Assembly: GCA_028023455.1 (NCBI GenBank)
Contig: JAQFVV010000005.1
Coordinates: forward strand, 21,886,001 to 21,950,000
Source of the DNA: Epiperipatus broadwayi
Taxonomy: Eukaryota > Animalia > Onychophora
Reading direction: 5' to 3'
Length of the DNA stretch: 64,000 nucleotides
Of the stretch, positions 13,755 through 27,414 are shown piece by piece. Within the stretch, counting starts at the first letter, position 1; every line of letters starts with the position of its first letter. A program made the translations under genes and the position numbers. Below the pieces are notes generated by a model, which ran no database searches, was not told where the DNA came from, and was given only the letters and a program-made list of their open reading frames with translations.

Positions 13755-16492
13755 TTAATTCTATAATGTATTTTCGTTACAACTTCAGTTGCTTTTTCGA
13801 AGATTCTGTTTAGGAAGAACGGTAAAAATTATTAGCAAATATTTGCAGATGAGTAATGGAAATATTAATCTATTCTATGAACCATCATACTTCTTTATAT
13901 TTTTTTTTTTATTAATCTATACAATCCTTTACGAATTATTGATTTACGTTTTTACGAATCATCTTAATGTAGCCTTTCAATATCAACCTCTTAAATCACA
14001 GTGAATGTGAACTTATGAGAGGATTTGGGAGCCTGAATTTCTGTTTCTTGTTCGTAAGAGCTTGATGTTTTAATTATTCTAGGGCAAATATATGTGTGGA
14101 TGTGTGCAACTTGCTGTTCGCCAATTTTGATATAAAATCAATACTAAGAGCCAGTAAATTAAATAACTTTTCCAAGGAGTAGAAAAGAAACTCCTATTTA
14201 TTGAACTAAATATATTATTTTTATAAGTTGTGTACATGTTTTTGCTGCCCATTTTAAATAGCACAAAGATTTGGTTTTGCTGTAGAGTTAAAATTTAGTT
14301 ACGAGTATTTCCCACATCTGTGTATGTGAATATATTTAAAAATTTGAATTGACTTTCCCTGCATCTTTTCTATTTTTTGCATCATGGTCACTAAATAATC
14401 CATAAAAGTTAAAATAATTTGAATAAACTATAGCTGATATTTATCATTCTAATTGATTGTTTGCCATTTTAAAAATATTATTACTTGGCAAAATTTAAAT
14501 AAAGAATTTTTTAAAGAGCTAAGCCTTCTGAAAAATTCTATTAAATGAATATATAAGTGAGATGTGTATATATCTGAGATATTCTTGTGGGGTTTTTTTG
14601 TATGTAAGGATATACAAGAGATCATTCGTGTAAAGAAAAATCAGTAGATGGATGGCTCTGCCACTTATTGTGGCTGCCTATATCCACAATTGCTTGTCAG
14701 TGTTTCGGTAAAATTCATTTTCTTCACAAATAGTTGAGCTGTTATTGAAACATTGACAAGTAATTTTGGATACAATATTTAGCCACAATAATGATCCAGA
14801 CAGTACAATTAGATCTTTCTATGTATGAATAGTCTTTTATCTGAACTAATTATATAATGGAAAACCCAAAAGAATATTTGACATCTTTTATCTATGAAAA
14901 CATTCATCTGGGCTTATATATGTGTATACAGGCTGACATGTTTGCTTTTATTTTGTATAAATATTTCTCTCGTGGTAAACTTATGTATGTTGAAAATTAG
15001 TTATTTTCTAGAGTCTCTTTTTTCATTCAGTATCTTTGATTTTGTAATTTTTTGCTCAATTTATTGTTGCAACGTTTATTTGAAATTTGACAAATATTAG
15101 TTTTAATAAATAAATATATATATATATCATTCCTTTCTTTATTTATTTCCTTTTCAAATAGGTTTTTTTTTTTTTTTTGCTATTCTGATTACACTCTTAC
15201 AATGTAATTTCTCCAGCTTGTTTTATTGACTAGCTGAGGAAATAATTGTTTTGCTATGATGTTATCATGATTTGGATTTATTTTTTAAATGTAAACAAAA
15301 GCAATCCAAACATACACATTTCCAGACTCAATTTTTGAAATATCGAATTCTTCCATTTGTATTTTGAAACAGTTTTATTAAAGAATTGATTTTTAAAAAA
15401 CAAAAAAATTGTTGGTTTTAATACTTTGTTATAATGATGTTAGATATTTGATAACTGAAAGGCAGGATATAATTTTGAGAATATATTATAAATTATATAT
15501 ATAATAATCAAACAAATAGCAATTTGTGATATAAGATTCATGGTTTATTATTTATAATATACATATATGCATTTTTCAAAGTGTTTGGTTTATTTTTTTT
15601 AATCTTGAATAGAATGATGGATTTATTATACATCATCATATTTTGCGTGGGTGTTGTATGTATATATTTGTTGCTGGGAAATATTATTTCCCAACTAATA
15701 AATAAAGAAGATAAAACTAATGTCCAAATATTTATTGAATCAATTTACAACAATCAAAAGAGTTTGTCTCTAGTACAGTTAGTGAGATTACAAATGCATG
15801 GTTGTTGTCCTAAGAAGCAGCAGTTGGAAAAATACCATGATTTGGCATACATCTTGATAGATTCATTACTGTTTATAACCAGAAGCTTCTATTCCAAACT
15901 TAAGCATGTCGGACACTTTCTGAAAATTAATTCCAAACTGTAAATTACTATTTTGAACATATTTCATTAACACAATCTCTCTCAATCGACAGCTGCTTTA
16001 CAGTCAATTCTCTATCAGAGCCTCTTTGAGCCATTGGCTATTTGTTTCATTGTTTGTTATTTTGCTGAACAACCATATTGTATTCTGCATTTAATCTAGA
16101 AGCTCTATAGTTTAAGGTGAGCAAACTTAAGATTACAACACTGGGATTTATTTTTAAGTATGGAGCATTTAAATGAATTTTCAGTTACAAAATACATATG
16201 GTTTTGGCAATATCTCACTTTGCATTGATATAGTTGACTATATAGGTACACACTTATTTACAGATTGATTATCCAACTTCATATATCTTGGATATGTTTT
16301 ACATAGATCTGTATTTTATCAATCATAATCCTTGCTCTGTATGGTTTTGCACATTGCAGATAGAGAGATAATCATTGATTGGTTCTCAACTGAGTAATTT
16401 AAACAAAAAAACCAGTTCCAGACTAACTGAATAGAAATATTAAATGTTTAATCTCTAATGTTGCATGACCTATTGACACAAAAAAATAGTAT

Positions 16493-16638
16493 ATACAAAT
16501 AGAAGAAATGAAAAGGATGAACTTGAAAAAGTACTTAATGCACTTTAATAAAAACTTTGAATGAAATACAAATAGAAGAAATGAAAAGGATGAACTTGAA
16601 AAAGTACTTAATGCACTTTAATAAAAACTTTGAGTGAA
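16493..16638. repeat. Tandem duplication, 2 x 73 bp
   Basis: atacaaatagaagaaatgaaaaggatgaac... starts at 16493 and 16566, near-identical. Confidence 0.92.
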
Positions 16639-16649
16639 ATGAGAATTGA

Positions 16650-17900
16650 TATATGAATATGATTCATTAGAGAGCTTAATTTATGAGAAAATGTATATAC
16701 TGATGGATGTGGAATTGAATGGAATTATAGGTAGATTGAAACAAGGAAAAATAAAATCTAGATTGCATGGCAGTAAGTATGTAAAGATACATAAGATTTA
16801 ACTTAAGAGAAAGTTTTAACATTATAATTGATGGTTCCTGTTAAATTGAAGGGTACGACAATTAGATTACATAAAATGAAAAGATTTAAAAGTTTTTTAA
16901 CTTGCTATAGACAAGTAGCAATAATTTCCAAAAATTATAAATTACTTTTATCTTTAAAAATCTGGATGAGAATGAAAATTTGGTGGAGATTCAGAATACA
17001 TTTTGTTCAGGAAGAAGAATAGAGAATTTATTTCTTGTATCTCAGTTGATTTAAATGTCTCATAATGGAAATAAACCATTATTTATTACATTTTTAGATG
17101 TAGAAAATGATAGCACGAATAGAAGAAATATAGAGAAGTCTTAAAAATTTGAGAATAGATTTAAACTTGTTAAACCCTATAAGTCTTTATAAAAATTATA
17201 TAATTTTTATAAGTACTATCTGGGGGGGGGGTGCAATCAGTGGGAGTTAAATGTGAAATTGATAGTAAAAGGGCTGTCCATATATCATCTTTTATTATTT
17301 ATTTCGAAGAGAACTGGAGGTTGAAATTAAAAGATTACGAATGGAATTCGTATAGATGGAACTAAGAAAATATATGTATGGCTTTTTTTTTTTTAATAGA
17401 TGGTATACTATTTTTTGCAAGCAATGGAGTAGATAACTTGTTATTAAAGATGTGTGAAGGCATAGAAAGAAATATAAAAGTTCAGTGAAGATCTTAGCAT
17501 TTCATAATAAGAGTAAACGAAAGAATAGAAAATATGAGATTTTTTTTTTTTTAAATTAAATATTTGTTTTGAAAAAGTGGAGGAATAAAAGTATTTAGGT
17601 ACTTTGTTAAATGAAAAAAAGGAATTATGCAGATAGTTGAGAATTTGAAAATAGAATAGAACTGATTATATGTCTCATAATGAGGTTATGTAGAATTATT
17701 TGACAAAATGCATGTTTTAACATTTGGGATTGATGTGCTTTGTATTGGTCAGCTCGATATACATTAGTGAATTGTGGATAGCAAATGAGGTTATTCAAAG
17801 TGAAATGGAATGGATATCTTTTTTAATGAGGTAATTTTTAAATGTTTGGAAGATTACAATATTTGAATGAAAATGGATTAGTAAAAATAGTGTTTCATAT
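16650..17900 (+). mobile_element. Heavily decayed LINE RT remnant
   Basis: Purine-rich segment with remnants parallel to the 6.4-8.7 kb LINE (tttttagatgtagaaaa, aagggctgtcc). No intact ORF. Confidence 0.5.
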
Positions 17901-17964
17901 AATTTTGTGGAGAGAAAACAAATGCATTCATTAAGAAAGATTTTGCAAAGTTAATAAATAGACC

Positions 17965-18160
17965 TGAGGGTTTGTAATGATGGTATTTTAGTTGTATGTA
18001 TATATTGGACTATTTCCATTATCTAATATTAAATATTGAATGTCTTTAGAAAAATTTAACTTTATTTAAATTTTTCAATTACATTCAACTCTTAGTAATA
18101 GCACACAAGTTAGTATATACACGATATTCGAGAAGTATTTTACTCTTCTTCACTAGAGGG
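17965..18160 (-). mobile_element. Family C short repeat, degenerate hammerhead-bearing copy
   Basis: Reverse complement aligns by eye with 26297-26468 (tgaagaagag...ctc...tgtgctattactaa.agttgaatgt...) and with the arm at 25929-26052. Confidence 0.8.
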
Positions 18161-20337
18161 AGCTTATAATTTACTTTAAGATAGAAACTTTAGATACTAG
18201 GACAAGAAGGCAAAAATGGAATACAGTTTGTAATTGTAGATGAATAGAGTGTTGAACACTTTTTTTTTTTTTGAAATGTGTGTTGTTGAAAGAGAATCAG
18301 GATAACTTTTATAGAAAGCCAGAGAAATTTCACTCTGTATTTAAAGAAATAGATTTTGTGACTTTTTGATTAGTTCTGTGTAATAAAATTGGAGAATATG
18401 ATGGCAGGATATTGGAACTATCCAAATAGCTTTTACTAAAATGGGATAGGATGGTAAAAAGAAATTGATCAGGATGAAAAAGAAATAGGTAGTAGATTGA
18501 GTTTACCAAAATACATAAGGGTTTTTGAGAGAGGACATATTTAATTTGACTAAAAGAGTTTCTGGGTATTTAACTTGTACAAAGAAACATCTGATTTTGT
18601 CTAGGAGAGCCATAATCACATATTAACCAAAAACAATTATATAAATGTAGTAATTAGCTTCATGAAATAAGATGCTTGGTTTACTATTTATAATGTATAT
18701 ACATATTTTCCAATAATGTTTACTTTTGATTAGAATCTAGCGTTCCTAATTTAAATATACATTGGCATATTTTTATATTGAATGGAACTGAAGTATGAAA
18801 TAAGTTATGGAATGAAATGTATAATGTCAAAGTAGTAATTGATATCTTTTTTGTTTTGGTATGGATATTTATACACTTATTTATGGTACAAAATGACCAG
18901 CTTTTATATACTTAAGTGTATTAGCATAAAGGCAACTAACCACTCACACAAGAATATGAACATTCCTACTCTAATTAAAAAAAGGAGATAGAAATATATA
19001 TATATATTAGGGGGTGAGCTTTGCAGTATCTATTATTTAACTTCAGCAAAGTGTTGGGCGTTTTTTTCTGAAAGGCTTCAATACCTATCTAATTGTGGCT
19101 CTCCCTTGAATTCTATCTTTACATTGAATAATCAGTATTGCATTTCTTTAGTATCTTTATAAGTAGAGACTTATTTAAAGTTAATAATTTCAAAGATGTT
19201 TTATAAAGTAAAGTTTAAAAATTAGTGACAACCTACTAAACAAACTCAGTATTTTTAGTTTTTAATGAATAAAAAATAATTTGTGCATTGAAGTTATCTC
19301 TCATGAGAACCATATTCAAAGTCACAAATACTTCTTCAGGAAGTCGTTCATTCATTTTGCGTGTATAACTGTCATTTTACTATAATAGACTAGTATCACA
19401 GCCGGGAATTGGGAAGAACATTGATTGGTTTATGTTCATCTTGTAATTTTAGAATTATGCAGCGTATCCTTAAATGAAATTTGTCTGATGACCTTATATT
19501 GCATCATTAGGAAGCTCAAGTCTCGTGATAAATTAGGTAAAATAATAGCTGTAAATACAACCAATTTAATCTTAACTTGTTAAAGATAATAGCAATGTAT
19601 TGGAGTATTGACATTCTACGTAAATAGCTATTAAAATATTTAAATTGAGTCATATTCTCAAGTTGATAACCATCCAGATAAAAGGTCCTGAAGATTTTCC
19701 TTCCATCACTGGCTGATAAGTTTTTGAAACACTAATTGCTCAATCAAACTCTATATATATTACATTCAAGTACATTCTGTAGATTGTACATTCATCAGGG
19801 AAATATAAATCCAGAAAATTATATTAATATAATTTCTTTGAATCAATTCAAAGTTCCACTATGATTTATGAAGCCACTTGTAAACATTTTCAAAAATCAG
19901 TCGTAAAAAATCAAAAACAAAATTGGAGTTGGTACATTTTAATTTCACAGTAGTTTTCATTTCAAATGCCTCGAATTTTACACTTGCGGGAATATTTCCT
20001 CTCATTGGGTTATATGGATGCTACGAAATAGAAATAAATATTGGTAGTCAACTAATTTTAAATAATACAAATTTGTGCAATTATTAAGTGCTTTGATCAA
20101 GTCAATAAAGATAATATGTAAATTATTTGTTCTCGACACTCCTTGAATTTGTCTAATCAACAAAAACCATGTCTATAATGCTTCTTGATTCCATAAAATC
20201 ACATTGAGTCTTTGGTAACCATTTATAGTTGTAAGCAAGTTTTTTGTTAGAATTATTGAAAATTCCTTGCCAGTGGACAACTGATATTTCATGATAACTA
20301 AGCGAATCTTGTTTTTATCATCTTTATTTTTAATACA

Positions 20338-20516
20338 TATATATATTGCTTACAATAACTCCCCTCATATACACTTTAATGCAAAAAAATTTTTAATGAC
20401 CTCTTTATTTTCCTGACAATTTCGACTGTCCTGCAGTCTTCATCAGAGAAATAAATCATTAAAAAAAAATTAGCATTAAAGTGTATATGAGGGGAGTTAT
20501 TGTAAGCAATATATAT
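20338..20516. mobile_element. Palindromic element (about 60-bp arms) with a hammerhead ribozyme in the loop
   Basis: Arm atattgcttacaataactcccctcatatacactttaatgc (from 20343) has its reverse complement ending near 20512. Confidence 0.88.
20408..20448 (-). ncRNA. Minimal type-I hammerhead ribozyme with intact core
   Basis: Minus strand reads CU-CUGAUGA-A-GACUG-CAGGA-CAGUC-GAAA-UUG-UC-AGGAAA. It has both conserved core boxes, a 5-bp helix II and a GUC cleavage triplet. Confidence 0.8.
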
Positions 20517-21349
20517 ACATGAAATGCAAAGAAAGTAAAAGGAGAAAAATAATATATTTTTAATATTTGGAACAATTAAAGCGTGAGTCCATATATTCCT
20601 AAAAATATCAAATATTTTTGAATTTGAACATAATACAATATTTTAAAACTTATCCAGGTATTTTGAGATTTTCAGCCTTATCATTTTTAAGATTACAAAG
20701 ATCTTTTTAAGTGGGTTTACACATATAATTTATTACATATAATTAATTATATGTTTCATAAAGTACAGGGGGTATTTACTGTAATTTTATTATCATAATA
20801 ATTACATGTTTAAAAAATAAAACTAATATTAAATATAGTGATTAAATATGATTATCTTTTAATAATTTATTTTAATATAAAAATATTAGTTTACTGTTTA
20901 ATTTACAAAAAAAAAAAATGTTTTAAGCTTCAATAGATCTATCAAAATCCAAGTCTTTATTTGGATAAATTCAAAAAGAAATGATCTATTTACAGCATGA
21001 AGAACTGAAAGAGAAAATTGATGCAAAGGAAGCATAAATTTAATCTTTGAATTGAAAAAGTAATGAAATTTTTAAACACAACGAATGTGAGCAGCATTTT
21101 TTTTCTCTATACTTTAATAAAATTAAAATATCATTAAAAAAAACTTTGTGCATAAAAATACTGCATTGTCAATGGTAGATTTAAAAAACAAGGAATGATG
21201 GAACTATGAAAAAATAACCTATTTTTAGGACCAAGATTTCAGAGCCAACAAAAGCAAATGATGGATACAGAAAAATAATATGATGTCATGCATCAAGAAT
21301 TCATTTCATAATGCATACAGCAATTGCAGAATGAACAATAACTGGATAC

Positions 21350-22233
21350 TTGGAGGAATTCGAACCCAGACTTTCAAGCTCTCTTTAGTCATCCATTCCA
21401 TCTTATACAACCTATACACATAACCACATGCATGCAAAAAAAGATAAATGCTCTCTAATAACGTATTTTGTGCTAAACCAGCACTCAGCAGTTGGTCCAG
21501 ATCATCATCTCGCGTACAATAAATGCTCAGTTTATTTTAAGATAGCAAATCTTCAAACTTTAATGGACAGCCTTCAATCTTATCCACTTTCCCAGTCTTC
21601 GACCATCCATATCATTGAAAATATCTAATGATGTTGGGTTCAAAGCCTTGTTTGCCAATTTTTGTTGTGTCATACCCATGTTGACCATAAGTCTTAAGCT
21701 CAATTAAGTACACAGAAGAGAGATCGGCAGAATACAATCTGAATATGTAATAATTAAATACATGTATAGTATTTATACTTTAAGCTAAACGGAATTTGAA
21801 CCCAGCCTTTCAAACTCGCTTTAGTCATCCATTCAATCTTATACAACTGATACATATCACATATGAGGGGTCAGATTGACTTATGGTCAACATGGGTGTG
21901 ACAACAAAAATTAGCAAACAAGGGGTTTGAACTCATCAGATTTTCAATGATATGGATGGCTGGAGAGTGGAGAAGATTGAAGCCTGCCCATTAAAGTTTG
22001 ATGATTTTTTATCTTGATATAAACCAGGCACTTATTATATATATGAGTGAGAGATTATAATCCGGACCAACTGATGATTGTTGGTTTAGTTTGAAATACA
22101 TAAATTGGCGATAATTTATCTTTATCACATGTATGTGGTTATGTGTATCAGTGATGAGGGAGCTTGAAAGTCTGAATTCAAATTCCCTCTAATTGCATCT
22201 AGCTTAAAATATAAATACATGTATTTAGTTATT
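21350..22233. mobile_element. Family A head-to-head palindromic composite (one hammerhead motif per arm)
   Basis: Left arm 21350-21870 (unit plus partial second unit), inverted right arm about 21875-22233. HHR motifs at 21455-21496 (-) and 22067-22108 (+). Flanking direct repeat aataactggatac at 21337-21349 and 22234-22246. Confidence 0.85.
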
Positions 22234-23349
22234 AATAACTGGATACATAAAAATAGGGTTAAAAGTTCTGCTTTATGTACATGAAAAAGATACAGGCCAT
22301 ACTATTAGTTTTGATGTAGCTAAGATTTTCTTCTTTGAAAGAAGTGAAATAAAAGTTATTTTAATATTAAGGGTGTGTGGGATGTAAGTGGATAATAACA
22401 AATTTGTTATCTTGTAATCCTTTACATTTGAGAAGCTCTGCTGTAGCAGTGAAAGCATTGGTTGTGTTTTAGAATTTATTTTCTTTGGGTAGTCTGGTCT
22501 AGTTTTGAATTTGGGGTAATTTTGAATAACTGGGTAATACATTGAAGTCTATGACAGATGCTCCGGAAACTAAAGAGGATATAGAGTGGAGAGGTTTGCA
22601 AGGTGCATTAAATCATGCGAATTATAAATATGTCATTAAATAAGAATGTATAAATTTGAAGAATTTTCAACTATTTGGATATTAAAGAACATGCAAGTAA
22701 CTGGAAATATCACATGATCTAATTTGCTTACATTTAATATATGATTTCAATAATAGTTTTCATTCTGCTCCAGAGTATAGAGGTATAAATATATTAGTGC
22801 CAGCTTTAGATCCAAAATTTCTCATTGATAAAAGCTAGGAATGGACGAGTATAACATGATCATTTACTGATTGCTCAAAATTACAATAGATGGCACTGGA
22901 ATATAGGAATTGCTCCTAAAAGTAAACGCTATAAGGGAAAATATGGCATGTAAATGATGTCAAAGAGAATGGAAAATAGATTGCTGGATGCTTATCTGAA
23001 GGTCTGCCAGCATTTTACTTATAGTTATACATTGGATTATTTTTTCATCTAGTTGAAAATATTTTAAAAAATGCAAACTTTATATCTTTTATCAAAAACA
23101 GGTTTATTCAACTATGTTTACAATAAAAGAAAATGGTAAAATAACATTAAATTTGGCAATAAAAAAACCAGTAATTTACTTAAAAAGGAGAAGAAAAAAC
23201 TCTTTCTTTTAGAGTGGGATGTCCAGTATTAATAAGATGCCATGTGGAAATTACTATAAAGTGAGGAGCTAACTTCAAATCTCTTTCTTTGATGTCTTAA
23301 TTTCTGTAGAAAAAATTAATTTTGGATCAGGCATAACTGACTCGAAGAT

Positions 23350-25560
23350 TATGATGCATCTGACAAACCATAGACAGAACGTGGCACTTCTTATAGTTGC
23401 AAAATCCCCAGAGATGATACTTTCTATGAATGTGTTGATAATTGGATGTTTTGGTGTTATAAATTTGATTAATCAAGATTCTTCAGCCCTGAAAAAGGAA
23501 AAATTGGTGAAATATGGTATCATCCTCCCTATGGCAGAGTGAGCAAATAGGGTCCAAAGAGGAAAAACCTCTGTATATCACAAGAAAGTGGCTTGTGGGA
23601 AGGGCATTGAGATTTAGCTTTTGAAGGAAGTCCAAATATTTATAATGACAAAGTTTGTACATGTGAGAATGGTAGGATCTGGGATAATTGATGAAAACAA
23701 AAGAAGATAGGCATCCCAATAACGAAGTTTCATTGGTTTTATTTGAGTTAAAGGTGAGAATTTTTGCAATGTCAATCAGCCAGCCATCATTAATTGGAGG
23801 TGGAGTATCTGTAGGTTGAAGAGATAGATAGGATGAGTCATCAGGAAAAATCCATTGAGTCTTATAATGAGGTTATTTGATTTCTGTAGACAAAGAACCT
23901 GAAGTGAGTGCAATGACGAGTCATTAAGTCTTATTGGTCTCTGCACTCTTCTTAAGCTAATAGCAACAGTTTTACCCTTCCACATTAATCTAGAGCAAAG
24001 AGAGTTTTATATTCTGGATAAATTTTGATGAGAATTTAATGAATGGCATGTAGTAAGCAATTCTGAGGAACAGTAACATGTTGAGTAGGGCTGCTTTTGC
24101 AAATAATGATGTATAAACTTTGGAAAGTGAATCTTTTTCTTGCAGAATTCATGATGGTGTCTTGTATTAATTTCCTCATTGCTGTATGAGAGTGACTCAT
24201 TGGTAAGCCCAAGAATTTGTGGCATCGTTGTGAAAAGAGATGGAATGAATTTTCCAGAGGAAAGCCTCCATACAGCAGTTTTCTAAGGTTAAATGCAAGA
24301 CCTGACCCTATGGTGAAATTGTCCATAAGTTGAATCAGTTTTTGGATGAAGTTTCTAGATGGTAAGAACACTGCCATATCATCCATGTATATGTGCTGAA
24401 TAGATTTATTGATATCATGAATGTACAATCTAGGAAGATTCATCTCTAATGATTTAAGGAATGGATATATATAGAGAGAAAGAATGAAGAGCAAGGGACT
24501 AAGAGGAGAGCCCTGTGGAATCGACTTGGTAGGTGTGAATGAGTTTGAAATTTTGCCATTTAGTGAAATGGCAATATGTCTGTTGAATAAAAGGTTCGTA
24601 ATAAAGTTCATTATACTTGTGGTAATGTTCAGAACATCTAGGAGGTGGATTAGGTGAGGAATTCTTACTGAGTCAAAGGCAGCTGAAATATCAAGTCAGA
24701 CAACTATTGGCTTTGACTTTTTATTTTTCTTATATAATCCATAATTAACCTGAATAGGCAGTGTGCCTCAGCTGTGGAACTACCTTTCTTCACAAATTGA
24801 AAACTAGAAATAAAGGGCAGAATGAGATTTTGAATTTTATCTTTGATGATTGCTTCGATCAGTTTAATAATCAACGGAGTCATCGAGATTGGTCTAAGGT
24901 TCTCCAGAGGTGATGGGATAATAGCAATCTTAAGAAATAGGACCATTGTAATGGGATAGAGTTGATCAATTGTAAGGGGACCTGAGGCAAGTAGGTCAAT
25001 TATTCTTATCACTATTGGGACTGTGAAGGCTTCAAGATGTTTGAACAGGAATTTTGATATTCCATGGATACCAGGATGTATTCTATCAGGCATGGATGAG
25101 AGTTTAGCTCTAATATCATCACATATACCATGAATAGTCTCACAAAAATATATAGATGTGTCAAGCACCGAATTCTGTGAAACATCTACTAGCTTGCATT
25201 TATGATGATTTAAAATTTGTAAAATCATGCCATTACCCGAGATTATATTATTCACTGTGATTGCTGATGGAATTTTAGACTTGCTTTGGAAACCCATAGC
25301 CCATCTTATATATCTTCTTGAGAAGTTATGAGGTTTAGAGAGGTAAAGCCTAGTCTTTTTAGTATTCAGGTAGTTATTAGGATTTGGTGTGTCTCTACAT
25401 ATTGTTGCTTCAGGTCAATAATAACCTGTACAGATGCTGGTGTTGGGGAAATATCTTTCAATATTATAATTAAACTATCTGCTTCCTTGAGTAACCCAAT
25501 CGGCCCTTTATTCTTTCTTGTGTAATGAGAATTCAGAGAACTAAGAATATTTATAAACGT
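23350..25560 (-). mobile_element. Decayed non-LTR retrotransposon ORF2 (L1/Tx1-like; clade uncertain)
   Basis: LRPISM, LDISAAFDSV, IPQGSPLSPLLF, YMDD and FLGLP motifs, plus CSLCHREDDTIFH near the C-terminus. Broken by stops and frameshifts. Confidence 0.88.
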
Positions 25561-25928
25561 GAACCAAGGTTCAGCCGGTAGAAGAGCTATTTGTTATGGG
25601 GGATGTTTTTATGAAATTGTTCTCTTTTTTTATTCAAAGCTAATATACCTTATTTAGTTGTATTGTGACGTTATTGTGAGCCAATGATGTTTTTTTGGTA
25701 AAAGTTTAATATAACATTTTTAATTCTACCAAATGATCAGGTAAATCAAGTCTGAAATAGAAAAAAAAAAAAGTCATTGTTATCACACTCAAAAACAGTA
25801 ATCTCTATTTAATGTATAGATTCCATATCAAGTCAAGTACTCATGAAGTGTTTTATTAGAATTTAATGTTAAAAATAATCACTTTAATGGCCATTATTAT
25901 TATGTGCAAGCATTTTGAATTTGTGTTT

Positions 25929-26466
25929 TCCTGAAGGTTTGTGATGATGGTGTTCTAGTTGTATTTTTATATTGGACGATTTCCATCATCTAATATATGT
26001 ATTGAATGATCTTTAGAAAAATTTAACTTTATTTAAATATTCCAAAAATCCCATAAGCTAACCTAGTGTGACTATACATAATGTATGGAAACCACTAATC
26101 AACTTTGCTCTTAGGAAAAGTGGAGATATCCGGAAGAACCTCATAAACAAGTACTGTATATGAAATTACTACAGACTGTTGCCTTTGGTAGGATGGCTCA
26201 GTTGATTAGAGCATTACCTTAAAATTCAAAACGCAGGAATCTAAGTACCCAGGTTCGAATCCCATGCTAGTACTGTCACTGGTCAGGGCAGCAACAGCTG
26301 AAGAAGAGGGGAGACTAATACCTCTCGACACGTATATATTCTAATCTGTTTGATGTGCTATTACTAACAGTTGAATGTATTTGGAATATTTAAATAAAGT
26401 TAAATTTTTCTAAAGACATTCAATAGATATATTAGATGATGGAAATAGTCCAATATAAAAATACAA
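25929..26466. mobile_element. Family C palindromic composite (tRNA-like head plus degenerate hammerhead)
   Basis: Inverted arms about 25929-26052 and 26380-26466. Exact 16-bp direct repeat ttttgaatttgtgttt at 25913-25928 and 26467-26482. Confidence 0.85.
26186..26272 (+). promoter_or_regulatory. tRNA-derived SINE-type head with Pol III A and B boxes
   Basis: A box TGGCTCAGTTG at 26194-26204 and B box GGTTCGAATCCC at 26252-26263. No convincing anticodon arm, so not called a tRNA gene. Confidence 0.75.
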
Positions 26467-27414
26467 TTTTGAATTTGTGTTTGAAAGTTCCTTTTAGCTG
26501 CCTTGACACCAGTATTTTATATTTCGATCTTAGACTTCATTAGTTATTGCGCAGCTCAACAAAGTGATAGGATGGTAGACTTAAGAGCTGAAGATCTCTG
26601 GATTGAAGCTCAACTCTATCATTTCAAATGCTCGAACAGCACGTGACAGATCATTCAATAAAACCATTTAATCTCTTGGAAGACTATTTCAATTATTTTG
26701 AACAGATGGGAACTCAATGTTAAAAGTAATTATTACAATTTGTTTTATGTGTTAAATTTTCTGCCCTCACAACTTTTTAATAATAATATATAAGGCTTTA
26801 TTTCCATTGTAGAAGTTTATTTGTATTGATTATTTACAATATATAATTAATATTTATAAGTTGGCATATTTGTGTGTATGTGCGCATAAATATAATTAAA
26901 CAGTTGGTCTTCATTTGGTTTTTTATGCTATCTATTGTACTAAAAAATATAAAAGAGTGTGTGTATATATATTGAGAAAAAAATTATTAATATGAAATCT
27001 AAAATGAAATTATATGCATTGACTGTATAAATTTTATTAATTTTAACAACCCTATAAACAAATAAATGGCCATTAAATATGTAGTGCTGAAAATATATTT
27101 CTGGAGTAATAGATTTCAAATAAGCATACTACAAGAATACTTTCTAGAGGTCTTTAATACATTTGTGAATAATATCATCACGTTAATCTACTAACTGCAT
27201 GAAAAATGAATCCACTTCCATCTGTTATTTATTTGCAGTGTTAAAATTAAAAGAATTTATATGGGTATAGGTTTTGCTAAAATTGCTCTAATTATAAAGT
27301 TTCATCCCTATAAAATATTTATTAATCTGCTACACGTATGAGAAAATTTTATTTTTGTCAGTTTGTAGATTAACACAAGAGGGCATTATTTGCAAGTTTA
27401 TTAAAATGACTTTT

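Noticed and set aside
15581-15943. 120-aa ORF with a hydrophobic N-terminus (and similar short ORFs across the track)
   Set aside because: Non-ATG start and Phe/Ile/Leu/Lys bias typical of AT-rich non-coding DNA. No motifs.
19300-19800. Two minus-strand CUGANGA...GAAU strings
   Set aside because: Non-canonical second box and no helix I pairing.
26186-26272. Functional tRNA gene
   Set aside because: A and B boxes are present but there is no proper anticodon arm or acceptor stem, and it sits inside a TSD-bounded repeat.
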